Shown here: positions 38,971 through 53,100 of the stretch, one piece after another
Numbering within the stretch: the first letter of the stretch is position 1
Layout: each line of letters begins with the position of its first letter
NCBI GenBank assembly: GCA_032718475.1
Contig: JAUCBJ010008347.1
Span: forward strand, 1 to 64,000
Length of the DNA: 64,000 bases
Source: Nemertoderma westbladi
Lineage: Eukaryota; Animalia; Xenacoelomorpha
Direction of reading: 5' to 3'
The notes under the pieces: generated by a model
Seen by the model: the letters and a program-made list of their open reading frames with translations, nothing else
What the model was told of the DNA's origin: nothing
Databases searched by the model: none
Position numbers and translations under genes: made by a program

Positions 38971-40368
38971 TTAGACAGTTTGCTCCAATAAGCAACATTT
39001 GCTTATCGGACGTCTTACAAGTTTCTTTCCACTTGTCTTCAATTCGACTGTTCTAGTGTGCCCATCGGGTCCCTGCAGGCAATTCACTACTCTGGCCATC
39101 ACCCAATCGTGTTTCGCTAGGGTGTCATCTGTCACTATGACTAGATCTCCCGGTTTCAGATCTCTCCTTTCCACCCGCCACTTGTGTCGCTTGTGAAGGG
39201 TTGGTAGATATTCAGTTACCCATTGGCGCCAGAATATCTTTGATACTACTTGTATTACTTTCCATGTCTTTCTGGAATATAGGTCATTCTCGTCAAACAG
39301 GTCTTTACTCAAAACCTGGACTGGTCTCCTCAATAGTAGATGGTTTGGTGTCAAAACCTCGTAAGAATTCGGGTCATCATTTAACGCACATAGCGGCCGC
39401 GCATTCATTGTTGCTTCTGTTTCTGCTAACACTGTGCGGAATGCGTCCTCATCAAGGCATCGATTTCGGGTGCTTGCCTCTAAGAGCCGCTCAGCACTTC
39501 CTACAAGTCTTTCCCAGACTCCTGAAGAATGGGGGGCATAAGGGGTATGGAATTTCCACTTGACACCTTGTTTCCTTGCATGTTCTTCAATAGCAGGTGT
39601 TTGCGCAATCCGGTAGAGATCTTGAAGTTCTCGATTAGCTCCAATGAAATTCGACCCATTATCAGAGCTAATCCTTCGCACTGCTCCACACCTTGTAATG
39701 AATCTTCTGAGTGCATTAATAAATGAGTTTGCGCTTGCATCTTTAACTAATTCCAGGGCAACAGCCCTTGAGGCGTAACACACGAATATGGAACCCCATC
39801 GTTTCTCGTATCGTCGGCCCACTTTGACATTAATAGGACCAAAGAGGTCAACACCACAATTTGTGAATGGTGGCTCATAGGGTGTTATCCGCTCCGCAGG
39901 TAAAGGTGCCATCACCTGCTCCACCCTCTGTCGACGAATGGTGCGACAGGTAACACACTTCTCCACCCAGCCCTTCACTCTTCTCCTGACTGCTGGAATC
40001 CAGAATTTCCTCCGTATCCTCGTGAGTGTTGCTTCCACACCTCCATGTTGTGAGGCTTCATGGGAATCGTGTATAATCTTATCCACGATAACTGAGTCTT
40101 TCGGGATCAGTATGGGGCAATCAGGGACAATCCCTCCTGGAGCATTCCCCAGCCGGGAGCCCATACAGACTACTCCATCCTTCATAATGGGGCTCAATGG
40201 TCTCAGGTTGCTGTCTTTCGGGATAGGTTTTCCAACCACTAGTTTCTCCACTTCATCTGGGAAGCTCTCCTCTTGAATGTACTTTATGATAGCCATCCCT
40301 GCATTTTCCACATGTAGTTCTGGTCGGGGCCCTCCACTTTTCCGTGTTCGTATCCAAGCCATCCACAT
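38971..40368 (-). CDS. BEL/Pao integrase domain of copy 3 (intact segment of the pol pseudogene)
   Basis: HHCC zinc finger (HEASQHGG...CVTC), catalytic D-D-E (GVDLFGP, SDNGSNF, WERLV) and DUF5641-like tail (FWRQWVTEYLPTL...GPDGHTRTVELKT...RRPISKCCLL). Confidence 0.93.
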   Translation of the reverse strand: MWMAWIRTRKSGGPRPELHVENAGMAIIKYIQEESFPDEVEKLVVGKPIPKDSNLRPLSPIMKDGVVCMGSRLGNAPGGIVPDCPILIPKDSVIVDKIIHDSHEASQHGGVEATLTRIRRKFWIPAVRRRVKGWVEKCVTCRTIRRQRVEQVMAPLPAERITPYEPPFTNCGVDLFGPINVKVGRRYEKRWGSIFVCYASRAVALELVKDASANSFINALRRFITRCGAVRRISSDNGSNFIGANRELQDLYRIAQTPAIEEHARKQGVKWKFHTPYAPHSSGVWERLVGSAERLLEASTRNRCLDEDAFRTVLAETEATMNARPLCALNDDPNSYEVLTPNHLLLRRPVQVLSKDLFDENDLYSRKTWKVIQVVSKIFWRQWVTEYLPTLHKRHKWRVERRDLKPGDLVIVTDDTLAKHDWVMARVVNCLQGPDGHTRTVELKTSGKKLVRRPISKCCLLEQTV

Positions 40369-43300
40369 CCTCCATCGTGCTACACGCCTTTTAGTGTCAT
40401 ACCATGAACGATCATGGTGGAGTATTCACTCTGTCATTGTTGGTTTGTCTCTTATAGTGGTTGACATAACTACTTCCCTTCGTAATTCCGGGTCATCCCC
40501 TTTGACTCCTTCCAGTAGAGCCTGTGGACCTCCTGGAAATTCAGGCCATCTTCCTTCGTCCTTGAGGTACTCCGGGCCATATTGCCACAGATCTTCGTCT
40601 TCCTTCTTCTGTGTTCCAATTATTCCTCTCGATATTTGGTCTGCGGGATTTATCGACGTTGGACAATAGTTCCAGTTGTTGATGTCTGTTAGTTCTTGGA
40701 TTTCTGCAACTCGATTAGCAACAAAGACTTTGAATCTTCGTGCGTCAGTCCTGATATAATGAATAACAGTGGTAGAGTCAGTCCAAAAATACCAGGTTTG
40801 TATATTTCCAATCGCTTTTCCTAACTGTCTTCCTATTCTCACTCCTAATAAAGCTGCCATGAGTTCTATCCTAGGGATTGTGACGATTTTTAATGGGGAC
40901 GGTCTCGCCTTACTATATGCAACCCGTGCCCTCCTTCTATTATTCTGTCTTTGAACCACATAGGCTACTGCTCCATAGCCTTTGTCTGAGGCGTCACTGA
41001 AGATATGTATCTCTAAGTTGTCCATGTTTCCGTCGGGAAAGTAGGCCCGATCTATCGTGATCTTATCTAGTAGTTGTAAACTATCCATCCATTTGTCCCA
41101 TTTCTTCCTTATTCCTTCGGGAAGTTCATCATTCCAACCTACTTTCAGTAGATGGGCTTCCCTAAGTATTTGTCGACCAACAACTGTGATCCTTGAGAGT
41201 AGACCCATTGGGTCATAGATCCGGGCAACAAAGGATAGATATTCCCTTTTAGTATGTTTCCCTCTTTTCATTTTCGCCATATGGTACTCAAATGCATCTG
41301 TTCTTCGGTTCCAGACTATACCTAAAGCTCGAACTTCGTCGCTGTCTCCATCAGCTTCTATCATTGGTTTGTATTCTGGTTCTGTGGTCAGTTTGTTCAG
41401 TGGCTCCTGTTGGGTTCCGTCTGTCATGCAGTTGGTAATATATTCGGAGTTTGATATAAACTTGGTCAGGTTGAATCCTCCCCCCGCTAAACAAAGTTTA
41501 GCCTCCTTGGCAATCCTGACCAACTCCTCCTCTGAGTTTCATGTCTCATGTCCGTCATCAACATAAAAATGTTCTCGAATCATTTCCACTGTATCTGCTG
41601 ATGGATTCTGGATTGCAGGATTCTCGCCATTTGTAGTCTCTCTCAAAGCGTATGTTGTCGCACATGGAGATGAATTAGCACCAAAAATATGGACGATCAT
41701 TTTGTAGATTTTGGGTTCCTTTGAGCCTAGCTCCCCTTCATACCAAAGGAACCGTAAGCTGTTGCTGTCTTTTGGATTCACTTGTACCTGGTGGAACATT
41801 GCTTCCACATCGCATGTGAAAGCAAATATTCCCTTCCTGAATCTTAGAAGAACGTCTAGTCCTGTGTTGTATATATTGGGTCCACGAACAAGGTAATCAT
41901 TTAGCGATTTTCCATGGTACTTCGCTGCGGCATCATGTACTACTCGGTATTTGTTCTTTCTTGGTTCCCACACTGTGTGTATCGGTAAGTAATACGTCCG
42001 GTCAGTTTCCTGTATGTCCTCTGGAAGTTCTATTGCCCAGCCCCTTTCTATATACTTACATATTGCCTTGTTTATGGCTTCTTCTGCTGCTGGTAGTTTC
42101 CTCAGTTTTTCTTTTAACTTTCTCAGACGATTTCTCGCCATTATGTAGTTGTTTTCAAGCCATTCATTGGGGTCCTTCCACAACATGTCTACCTCGTAGT
42201 GTCCATCTATCAGTTGTATTGAGTCCTTAAGAGTCTGTAAGGCCCTACCCTACGGTCCTCTGGAGAGTCTCCCAATGTGTTGTCATGAAGGCCCTCACAG
42301 TCCCTATTCAGTAATGTCTCTAAGTCTTTAGTTATTTCCACATGATTCACCAGACCTCGCTTCGTTTTGTTGTGTATATAGTCTGTTGTTTCCAGTGGTC
42401 CAGTCACACACCACCCAAATGGTGTTAGCTTTCCCCATGGTGTCTTCCCTGGGTTGCTACCTTTCCTAACTTCCAGTTCTTCATGTGCCTCAGGAAAGTT
42501 CATCCCAAGCAGTACAGTCACAAAGGGTATGTCAATGTGCAAGTTTGTTAAGTTAATTCCCTTTAAGTGTTGGTATCTCTCAATTTCTACCTCATCTGGT
42601 TGGGTACAGTTAACTCCAACGTCTGGTATTACTTCTACCTCAGCATCATGAATGATGAGTGTCCCTCGGCCTTCCAGAGCACCTATGGAGCACTTGGTAC
42701 TCATGGCCCCCATTGATGTTGTCTGGTGGCCCACCATGGCCAGGCCTAACTTAGTTCTGGTTCCCTCCATTCCCAGAGTATCAGCAAGGGTACGACTTAT
42801 TAGACTTATAGTCGCACCATCATCTAGGAAGGCATATGTTGTTACTTGTTTTTCATTTTTATACATTACTTTTACTGGTACAATTTTGAGGTACACTTTA
42901 ATCCCTGACAGGGACATACATGTCGCCATGTGGGTCACTGCCTGGGTCTTATTAACAGTGGTTCCACTCACTTCAGATCCCTGGGGATCCTTGTATCTCG
43001 CCATCCAGGCAGGGTTAGGATGTTGGGTCTGATCCCCCCCTGTCTTAGATGTTAGATTCTCATTTTTATTTTGGTTAACAGTAGTAGTATCAGTATCTCC
43101 TCGGTTACTATGGGGTTTTAGATTTTTAGTTTCCTTTGTGAGGGGTGTCAGCCCGCTCGCTCCTCCGGGTGAGTATGATCTGGATCGTTCATATGTTCTG
43201 GGTTCACGCCTGGTGTTGGAGTTGCGCGGACAGTCGCGTCCAATGTGGCCACGCCCATAGCATCTCCTACACAGTCCATTCTTCTTTAAATAGTCCCATT

Positions 43301-43965
43301 TTTCATCCGCAGCGGCATTTATCCATTGGGTACACTGCACGAATTGATGGTCCCTTGCATTTGGATGTAGATAGCACTTTGCGCTTGGATCACAGGTTGC
43401 AAGGGTGTATACCAACTCCTGGGAATCTCTATCTGGGGTATGTGGCTTTGGGGAGTAGCTGGAGAAACGGAATTGTTTGTCCGATTGTAGGCTCTTCATC
43501 GGACTAGTCGACGTTGTTGTGTAGACTTGCTCTCGTTCAGGTTTTATCATCCCTTTGTTAGACTCAAATGATTTCTTTGGTACCAGCATATTTGTTTTTC
43601 GCGGGTAATCTGCTCTCGATTGTCGGGTTGAGTCATCCCGTGAATGTGATCGGTCCCGGCGCTCAGCGATACCAGCTGATAGTAGTCCCTCTGCGAATAC
43701 AGGGTCATCTTGTATCTCGGTTTGATCTGAAAGGAATTTCGCCAGTTGGTTCATGGTTGGTTCGCGGTTCAGTTGGCTGCGAGTCCGTGCTGCTTCCTTT
43801 CTCCATGCGTTCCTCGCCCAATAGGGAATTAGTTCAATTATTTTTCGCATGTTATGGATGCCATTCAACTCATGCGGCATATCGAGTTCCTTCAAGGCAA
43901 CCAGGGCTTTGTTTACCCTTTCTGTAAAGTCCCTAAACTCGGCAGTCGTGGTGATTTGTTTGTTA
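40369..43965 (-). pseudogene. BEL/Pao gag(C-term)-PR-RT-RNase H of copy 3; 5'-truncated, frameshifted
   Basis: Near-identical to copy 1. Lesions: 5-bp duplication CCTAC near 42244-42253, TGA stops at 41539 and 40426. In frame with the integrase ORF. Confidence 0.93.
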
Positions 43966-43975
43966 TTCATTTGAT

Positions 43976-44131
43976 TCATTTGTTTGAAGGAAGGAAGCGT
44001 CATCATGGTGCACTGGTGCCGTTTATACATATTGAATATTAAAGTAACTAGGACTTGAACTGAGTTTTCTTGACGAACGAAACGGACGCGTAGAAACGAC
44101 GTTCTTAGAGGGAAAGAATATCGATGGAACA
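43976..44131 (+). repeat. LTR D: inverted ~155-bp fragment of the LTR 3' (U5) end
   Basis: Reverse complement of about 28772-28932 with a 5-bp deletion; ends ...ATGGAACA directly at the satellite. Confidence 0.93.
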
Positions 44132-47100
44132 ACAACCAGTAATAGTTTAGACAGTCCGGCATGTACAACCAGTAATAGTTTCGACAGTCCTGCATGTACA
44201 ACCAGTAATAGTTTAGACAGTCCGGCATGTACAACCAGTAATAGTTTCGACAGTCCTGCATGTACAACCAGTAATAGTTTAGACAGTCCGGCATGTACAA
44301 TCTGTAATAGTTTCGTGAGTCCTACATGTACAACCAGTAATAGTTTCGACAGTCCTGCATGTACAACCAGTAATAGTTTAGACAGTCCGGCATGTACAAC
44401 CAGTAATAGTTTCGACAGTCCTGCATGTACAACCAGTAATAGTTTAGACAGTCCGGCATGTACAATCTGTAATAGTTTCGTCAGTCCTACATGTACAACC
44501 AGTAATAGTTTCGACAGTCCTGCATGTACAACCAGTAATAGTTTAGACAGTCCGGCATGTACAACCAGTAATAGTTTCGACAGTCCTGCATGTACAACCT
44601 GTAATAGTTTCGTCAGTCCTACATGTACAACCAGTAATAGTTTCGACAGTCCTGCATGTACAACCAGTAATAGTTTAGACAGTCCGGCATGTACAACCAG
44701 TAATAGTTTCGACAGTCCTGCATGTACAACCAGTAATAGTTTAGACAGTCCGGCATGTACAACCTGTAATAGTTTCGTCAGTCCTACATGTACAACCAGT
44801 AATAGTTTCGACAGTCCTGCATGTACAACCAGTAATAGTTTAGACAGTCCGGCATGTACAATCTGTAATAGTTTCGTCAGTCCTACATGTACAACCAGTA
44901 ATAGTTTCGACAGTCCTGCATGTACAACCAGTAATAGTTTAGACAGTCCGGCATGTACAACCAGTAATAGTTTCGACAGTCCTGCATGTACAACCTGTAA
45001 TAGTTTCGTCAGTCCTACATGTACAACCAGTAATAGTTTCGACAGTCCTGCATGTACAACCAGTAATAGTTTAGACAGTCCGGCATGTACAACCAGTAAT
45101 AGTTTCGACAGTCCTGCATGTACAACCAGTAATAGTTTAGACAGTCCGGCATGTACAACCTGTAATAGTTTCGTCAGTCTACATGTACAACCAGTAATAG
45201 TTTCGACAGTCCTGCATGTACAACCAGTAATAGTTTAGACAGTCCGGCATGTACAACCAGTAATAGTTTCGACAGTCCTGCATGTACAACCAGTAATAGT
45301 TTAGACAGTCCGGCATGTACAACCTGTAATAGTTTCGTCAGTCCTACATGTACAACCAGTAATAGTTTCGACAGTCCTGCATGTACAACCAGTAATAGTT
45401 TAGACAGTCCGGCATGTACAACCTGTAATAGTTTCGTCAGTCCTACATGTACAACCTGTAATAGTTTCGACAGTCCTGCATGTACAACCAGTAATAGTTT
45501 AGACAGTCCGGCATGTACAACCAGTAATAGTTTCGACAGTCCTGCATGTACAACCAGTAATAGTTTAGACAGTCCGGCATGTACAATCTGTAATAGTTTC
45601 GTCAGTCCTACATGTACAACCAGTAATAGTTTCGACAGTCCTGCATGTACAACCAGTAATAGTTTAGACAGTCCGGCATGTACAACCAGTAATAGTTTCG
45701 ACAGTCCTGCATGTACAACCTGTAATAGTTTCGTCAGTCCTACATGTACAACCAGTAATAGTTTCGACAGTCCTGCATGTACAACCAGTAATAGTTTAGA
45801 CAGTCCGGCATGTACAACCAGTAATAGTTTCGACAGTCCTGCATGTACAACCAGTAATAGTTTAGACAGTCCGGCATGTACAACCTGTAATAGTTTCGTC
45901 AGTCCTACATGTACAACCAGTAATAGTTTCGACAGTCCTGCATGTACAACCAGTAATAGTTTAGACAGTCCGGCATGTACAATCTGTAATAGTTTCGTCA
46001 GTCCTACATGTACAACCAGTAATAGTTTCGACAGTCCTGCATGTACAACCAGTAATAGTTTAGACAGTCCGGCATGTACAACCAGTAATAGTTTCGACAG
46101 TCCTGCATGTACAACCTGTAATAGTTTCGTCAGTCCTACATGTACAACCAGTAATAGTTTCGACAGTCCTGCATGTACAACCAGTAATAGTTTAGACAGT
46201 CCGGCATGTACAACCAGTAATAGTTTCGACAGTCCTGCATGTACAACCAGTAATAGTTTAGACAGTCCGGCATGTACAACCTGTAATAGTTTCGTCAGTC
46301 TACATGTACAACCAGTAATAGTTTCGACAGTCCTGCATGTACAACCAGTAATAGTTTAGACAGTCCGGCATGTACAACCAGTAATAGTTTCGACAGTCCT
46401 GCATGTACAACCAGTAATAGTTTAGACAGTCCGGCATGTACAACCTGTAATAGTTTCGTCAGTCCTACATGTACAACCAGTAATAGTTTCGACAGTCCTG
46501 CATGTACAACCAGTAATAGTTTAGACAGTCCGGCATGTACAACCTGTAATAGTTTCGTCAGTCCTACATGTACAACCTGTAATAGTTTCGACAGTCCTGC
46601 ATGTACAACCAGTAATAGTTTAGACAGTCCGGCATGTACAACCAGTAATAGTTTCGACAGTCCTGCATGTACAACCAGTAATAGTTTCGACAGTCCTGCA
46701 TGTACAACCAGTAATAGTTTAGACAGTCCGGCATGTACAACCTGTAATAGTTTCGTCAGTCCTACATGTACAACCTGTAATAGTTTCGACAGTCCTGGAT
46801 GTACAACCAGTAATAGTTTAGACAGTCCGGCATGTACAACCTGTAGTAGTTTCGACAGTCCTGCATGTACAACCAGTAATAGTTAAGACAGTCCTGGATG
46901 TACAACCAGTAATAGTTTCGAGAGTCCTGCATGTACAACCAGTAATAGTTTCGACAGTCCTGCATGTACAACCAGTAATAGTTTCGACAGACCTGCATGT
47001 ACAACCAGTAATAGTTAAGACAGTCCTGCATGTACAACCAGTAATAGTTTCGAAAGTCCTGCATGTACAACCAGTAATAGTTTCGACAGACCTGCATGTA

Positions 47101-50100
47101 CAACCAGTAATAGTTAAGACAGTCCTGGATGTACAACCAGTAATAGTTTCGACAGTCCTGCATGTACAACCTGTAATAGTTTCGACAGTCCGGCAGGTAC
47201 AACCAGTAATAGTTTCGACAGACCTGCATGTACAACCAGTAATAGTTAAGACAGTCCTGGATGTACAACCAGTAATAGTTTCGACAGTCCTGCATGTACA
47301 ACCTGTAATAGTTTCGACAGTCCTGCATGTACAACCAGTAATAGTTTCGACAGTCCTGCATGTACAACCAGTAATAGTTTCGACAGTCCTGCATGTACAA
47401 CCAGTAATAGTTTCGACAGACCTGCATGTACAACCAGTAATAGTTAAGACAGTCCTGGATGTACAACCAGTAATAGTTTCGACAGTCCTGCATGTACAAC
47501 CTGTAATAGTTTCGACAGTCCGGCAGGTACAACCAGTAATAGTTTCGACAGACCTGCATGTACAACCAGTAATAGTTAAGACAGTCCTGGATATACAACC
47601 AGTAATAGTTTCGACAGTCCTGCATGTACAACCAGTAATAGTTTCGACAGTCCGGCATGTACAACCAGTAATAGTTAAGACAGTCCTGCATGTACAACCT
47701 GTAGTAGTTTCGACAGTCCTGCATGTACAACCTGTAATAGTTTCGACAGTCCTGCATGTACAACCTGAAATAGTTTCGACAGTCCTGAATGTACAACCAG
47801 TAATAGTTTCGACAGTCCTGGATGTACAACCAGTAATAGTTAAGACAGTCCTGCATGTACAACCAGTAATAGTTAAGACAGTCCTGGATGTACAACCAGT
47901 AATAGTTAAGACAGTCCTGCATGTACAACCTGTAGTAGTTTCGACAGTCCTGCATGTACAACCAGTAATAGTTTCGACAGTCCTGCATGTACAACCAGTA
48001 ATAGTTTCGACAGTCCTACATGTACAACCAGTAATAGTTAAGACAGTCCTGCATGTACAACCTGTAGTAGTTTCGACAGTCCTGCATGTACAACCAGTAA
48101 TAGTTTCGACAGTCCGGCATGTACAACCAGTAATAGTTAAGACAGTCCTGGATGTACAACCAGTAATAGTTAAGACAGTCCTGCATGTACAACCTGTAGT
48201 AGTTTCGACAGTCCGGCATGTACAACCTGTAATAGTTAAGACAGTCCTGGATGTACAACCAGTAATAGTTTAGACAGTCCGGCATGTACAACCTGTAGTA
48301 GTTTCGACAGTCCTGCATGTACAACCAGTAATAGTTAAGACAGTCCTGGATGTACAACCAGTAATAGTTTCGACAGTCCTGCATGTACAACCAGTAATAG
48401 TTTCGACAGTCCTGCATGTACAACCAGTAATAGTTTCGACAGACCTGCATGTACAACCAGTAATAGTTAAGACAGTCCTGCATGTACAACCAGTAATAGT
48501 TTCGAAAGTCCTGCATGTACAACCAGTAATAGTTTCGACAGACCTGCATGTACAACCAGTAATAGTTAAGACAGTCCTGGATGTACAACCAGTAATAGTT
48601 TCGACAGTCCTGCATGTACAACCTGTAATAGTTTCGACAGTCCGGCAGGTACAACCAGTAATAGTTTCGACAGACCTGCATGTACAACCAGTAATAGTTA
48701 AGACAGTCCTGGATGTACAACCAGTAATAGTTTCGACAGTCCTGCATGTACAACCTGTAATAGTTTCGACAGTCCTGCATGTACAACCAGTAATAGTTTC
48801 GACAGTCCTGCATGTACAACCAGTAATAGTTTCGACAGTCCTGCATGTACAACCAGTAATAGTTTCGACAGACCTGCATGTACAACCAGTAATAGTTAAG
48901 ACAGTCCTGGATGTACAACCAGTAATAGTTTCGACAGTCCTGCATGTACAACCTGTAATAGTTTCGACAGTCCGGCAGGTACAACCAGTAATAGTTTCGA
49001 CAGACCTGCATGTACAACCAGTAATAGTTAAGACAGTCCTGGATATACAACCAGTAATAGTTTCGACAGTCCTGCATGTACAACCAGTAATAGTTTCGAC
49101 AGTCCGGCATGTACAACCAGTAATAGTTAAGACAGTCCTGCATGTACAACCTGTAGTAGTTTCGACAGTCCTGCATGTACAACCTGTAATAGTTTCGACA
49201 GTCCTGCATGTACAACCTGAAATAGTTTCGACAGTCCTGAATGTACAACCAGTAATAGTTTCGACAGTCCTGGATGTACAACCAGTAATAGTTAAGACAG
49301 TCCTGCATGTACAACCAGTAATAGTTAAGACAGTCCTGGATGTACAACCAGTAATAGTTAAGACAGTCCTGCATGTACAACCTGTAGTAGTTTCGACAGT
49401 CCTGCATGTACAACCAGTAATAGTTTCGACAGTCCTGCATGTACAACCAGTAATAGTTTCGACAGTCCTACATGTACAACCAGTAATAGTTAAGACAGTC
49501 CTGCATGTACAACCTGTAGTAGTTTCGACAGTCCTGCATGTACAACCAGTAATAGTTTCGACAGTCCGGCATGTACAACCAGTAATAGTTAAGACAGTCC
49601 TGGATGTACAACCAGTAATAGTTAAGACAGTCCTGCATGTACAACCTGTAGTAGTTTCGACAGTCCGGCATGTACAACCAGTAATAGTTAAGACAGTCCT
49701 GGATGTACAACCAGTAATAGTTTCGACAGACCTGCATGTACAACCAGTAATAGTTAAGACAGTCCTGCATGTACAACCTGTAGTAGTTTCGACAGTCCGG
49801 CATGTACAACCAGTAATAGTTAAGACAGTCCTGGATGTACAACCAGTAATAGTTAAGACAGTCCTGCATGTACAACCAGTAATAGTTTCGACAGTCCTGC
49901 ATGTACAACCAGTAATAGTTAAGACAGTCCTGCATGTACAACCTGTAATAGTTTCGACAGTCCGGCATGTACAACCAGTAATAGTTAAGACAGTCCTGGA
50001 TGTACAACCAGTAATAGTTAAGACAGTCCTGCATGTACAACCAGTAATAGTTTCGACAGTCCGGCATGTACAACCAGTAATAGTTAAGACAGTCCTGCAT

Positions 50101-53100
50101 GTACAACCTGTAATAGTTTCGACAGTCCTGGATGTACAATCTGTAATAGTTTCGACAGTCCTGCATGTACAACCTGTAATAGTTTCGACAGTCCTGGATG
50201 TACAATCTGTAATAGTTTCGACAGTCCTGCATGTACAACCAGTAATAGTTTCGACAGTCCTGGATGTACAATCTGTAATAGTTTCGACAGTCCTGCATGT
50301 ACAACCAGTAATAGTTTCGACAGTCCGGCATGTACAACCAGTAATAGTTAAGACAGTCCTGGATGTACAACCAGTAATAGTTAAGACAGTCCTGCATGTA
50401 CAACCTGTAATAGTTTCGACAGTCCGGCATGTACAACCAGTAATAGTTAAGACAGTCCTGGATGTACAACCAGTAATAGTTAAGACAGTCCGGCATGTAC
50501 AACCTGTAATAGTTAAGACAGTCCGGCATGTACAACCAGTAATAGTTAAGACAGTCCTGGATGTACAACCAGTAATAGTTAAGACAGTCCTGCATGTACA
50601 ACCAGTAATAGTTTCGACAGTCCTGCATGTACAACCAGTAATAGTTAAGACAGTCCTGCATGTACAACCTGTAATAGTTTCGACAGTCCGGCATGTACAA
50701 CCAGTAATAGTTTCGACAGTCCGGCATGTACAACCAGTAATAGTTAAGACAGTCCTGCATGTACAACCTGTAATAGTTTCGACAGTCCTGGATGTACAAT
50801 CTGTAATAGTTTCGACAGTCCTGCATGTACAACCAGTAATAGTTTCGACAGTCCTGCATGTACAACCAGTAATAGTTTCGACAGTCCTGCATGTACAACC
50901 AGTAATAGTTAAGACAGTCCTGCATGTACAACCTGTAATAGTTTCGACAGTCCTGGATGTACAATCTGTAATAGTTTCGACAGTCCTGCATGTACAACCA
51001 GTAATAGTTTCGACAGTCCTGGATGTACAACCTGTAATAGTTAAGATAGTCCTGGATGTACAATCTGTAATAGTTTCGACAGTCCTGCATGTACAACCAG
51101 TAATAGTTTCGACAGTCCTACATGTACAACATGTAATAGTTTCGACAGTCCTACATGTACAACCAGTAATAGTTTCGACAGTCCTACATGTACAACATGT
51201 AATAGTTTCGACAGTCCTACATGTACAACCAGTAATAGTTTCGACAGTCCGGCATGTACAACCAGTAATAGTTAAGACAGTCCTGGATGTACAACCAGTA
51301 ATAGTTAAGACAGTCCTGCATGTACAACCTGTAATAGTTTCGACAGTCCGGCATGTACAACCAGTAATAGTTAAGACAGTCCGGCATGTACAACCTGTAA
51401 TAGTTAAGACAGTCCGGCATGTACAACCTGTAATAGTTTCGACAGTCCGGCATGTACAACCAGTAATAGTTAAGACAGTCCTGCATGTACAACCAGTAAT
51501 AGTTAAGACAGTCCGGCATGTACAACCTGTAATAGTTAAGACAGTCCTGGATGTACAACCTGTAATAGTTAAGATAGTCCTGGATGTACAACCTGTAATA
51601 GTTAAGACAGTCCTGGATGTACAACCAGTAATAGTTTCGACAGTCCGGCATGTACAACCTGTAATAGTTTCGACAGTCCGGCATGTACAACCAGTAATAG
51701 TTAAGACAGTCCTGCATGTACAACCAGTAATAGTTAAGACAGTCCGGCATGTACAACCTGTAATAGTTAAGACAGTCCTGGATGTACAACCTGTAATAGT
51801 TAAGATAGTCCTGGATGTACAACCTGTAATAGTTAAGACAGTCCTGGATGTACAACCAGTAATAGTTAAGATAGTCCTGGATGTACAACCTGTAATAGTT
51901 AAGACAGTCCTGCATGTACAACCTGTAATAGTTTCGACAGTCCGGCAGGTACAACCAGTAATAGTTAAGACAGTCCTGCATGTACAACCAGTAATAGTTA
52001 AGACAGTCCGGCATGTACAACCTGTAATAGTTAAGACAGTCCTGGATGTACAACCTGTAATAGTTAAGATAGTCCTGGATGTACAACCTGTAATAGTTAA
52101 GACAGTCCTGCATGTACAACCTGTAATAGTTTCGACAGTCCGGCATGTACAACCAGTAATAGTTAAGACAGTCCTGCATGTACAACCTGTAGTAGTTTCG
52201 ACAGTCCTGCATGTACAACCTGTAATAGTTTCGACAGTCCTGCATGTACAACCTGAAATAGTTTCGACAGTCCTGAATGTACAACCAGTAATAGTTTCGA
52301 CAGTCCTGGATGTACAACCAGTAATAGTTAAGACAGTCCTGCATGTACAACCAGTAATAGTTAAGACAGTCCTGGATGTACAACCAGTAATAGTTAAGAC
52401 AGTCCTGCATGTACAACCTGTAGTAGTTTCGACAGTCCTGCATGTACAACCAGTAATAGTTTCGACAGTCCTGCATGTACAACCAGTAATAGTTTCGACA
52501 GTCCTACATGTACAACCAGTAATAGTTAAGACAGTCCTGCATGTACAACCTGTAGTAGTTTCGACAGTCCTGCATGTACAACCAGTAATAGTTTCGACAG
52601 TCCGGCATGTACAACCAGTAATAGTTAAGACAGTCCTGGATGTACAACCAGTAATAGTTAAGACAGTCCTGCATGTACAACCTGTAGTAGTTTCGACAGT
52701 CCGGCATGTACAACCAGTAATAGTTAAGACAGTCCTGGATGTACAACCAGTAATAGTTTCGACAGACCTGCATGTACAACCAGTAATAGTTAAGACAGTC
52801 CTGCATGTACAACCTGTAGTAGTTTCGACAGTCCGGCATGTACAACCAGTAATAGTTAAGACAGTCCTGGATGTACAACCAGTAATAGTTAAGACAGTCC
52901 TGCATGTACAACCAGTAATAGTTTCGACAGTCCTGCATGTACAACCAGTAATAGTTAAGACAGTCCTGCATGTACAACCTGTAATAGTTTCGACAGTCCG
53001 GCATGTACAACCAGTAATAGTTAAGACAGTCCTGGATGTACAACCAGTAATAGTTAAGACAGTCCTGCATGTACAACCAGTAATAGTTTCGACAGTCCGG

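Larger units (their letters stand above)
28769..44131 (-). mobile_element. Composite cluster of three defective copies of one BEL/Pao LTR retrotransposon
   Basis: Four near-identical LTR segments and three near-identical pol segments. Domain order is gag-PR-RT-RH-IN in one frame, with BEL/Pao-specific motifs. Confidence 0.96.

Noticed and set aside
29169-43927. Short plus-strand ORFs across the BEL cluster
   Set aside because: Antisense shadows of gag-pol with no independent motifs.
42210-44300. Satellite-LTR-gag fusion ORF of 696 aa
   Set aside because: Chance read-through across rearrangement junctions; it ends at a frameshift.
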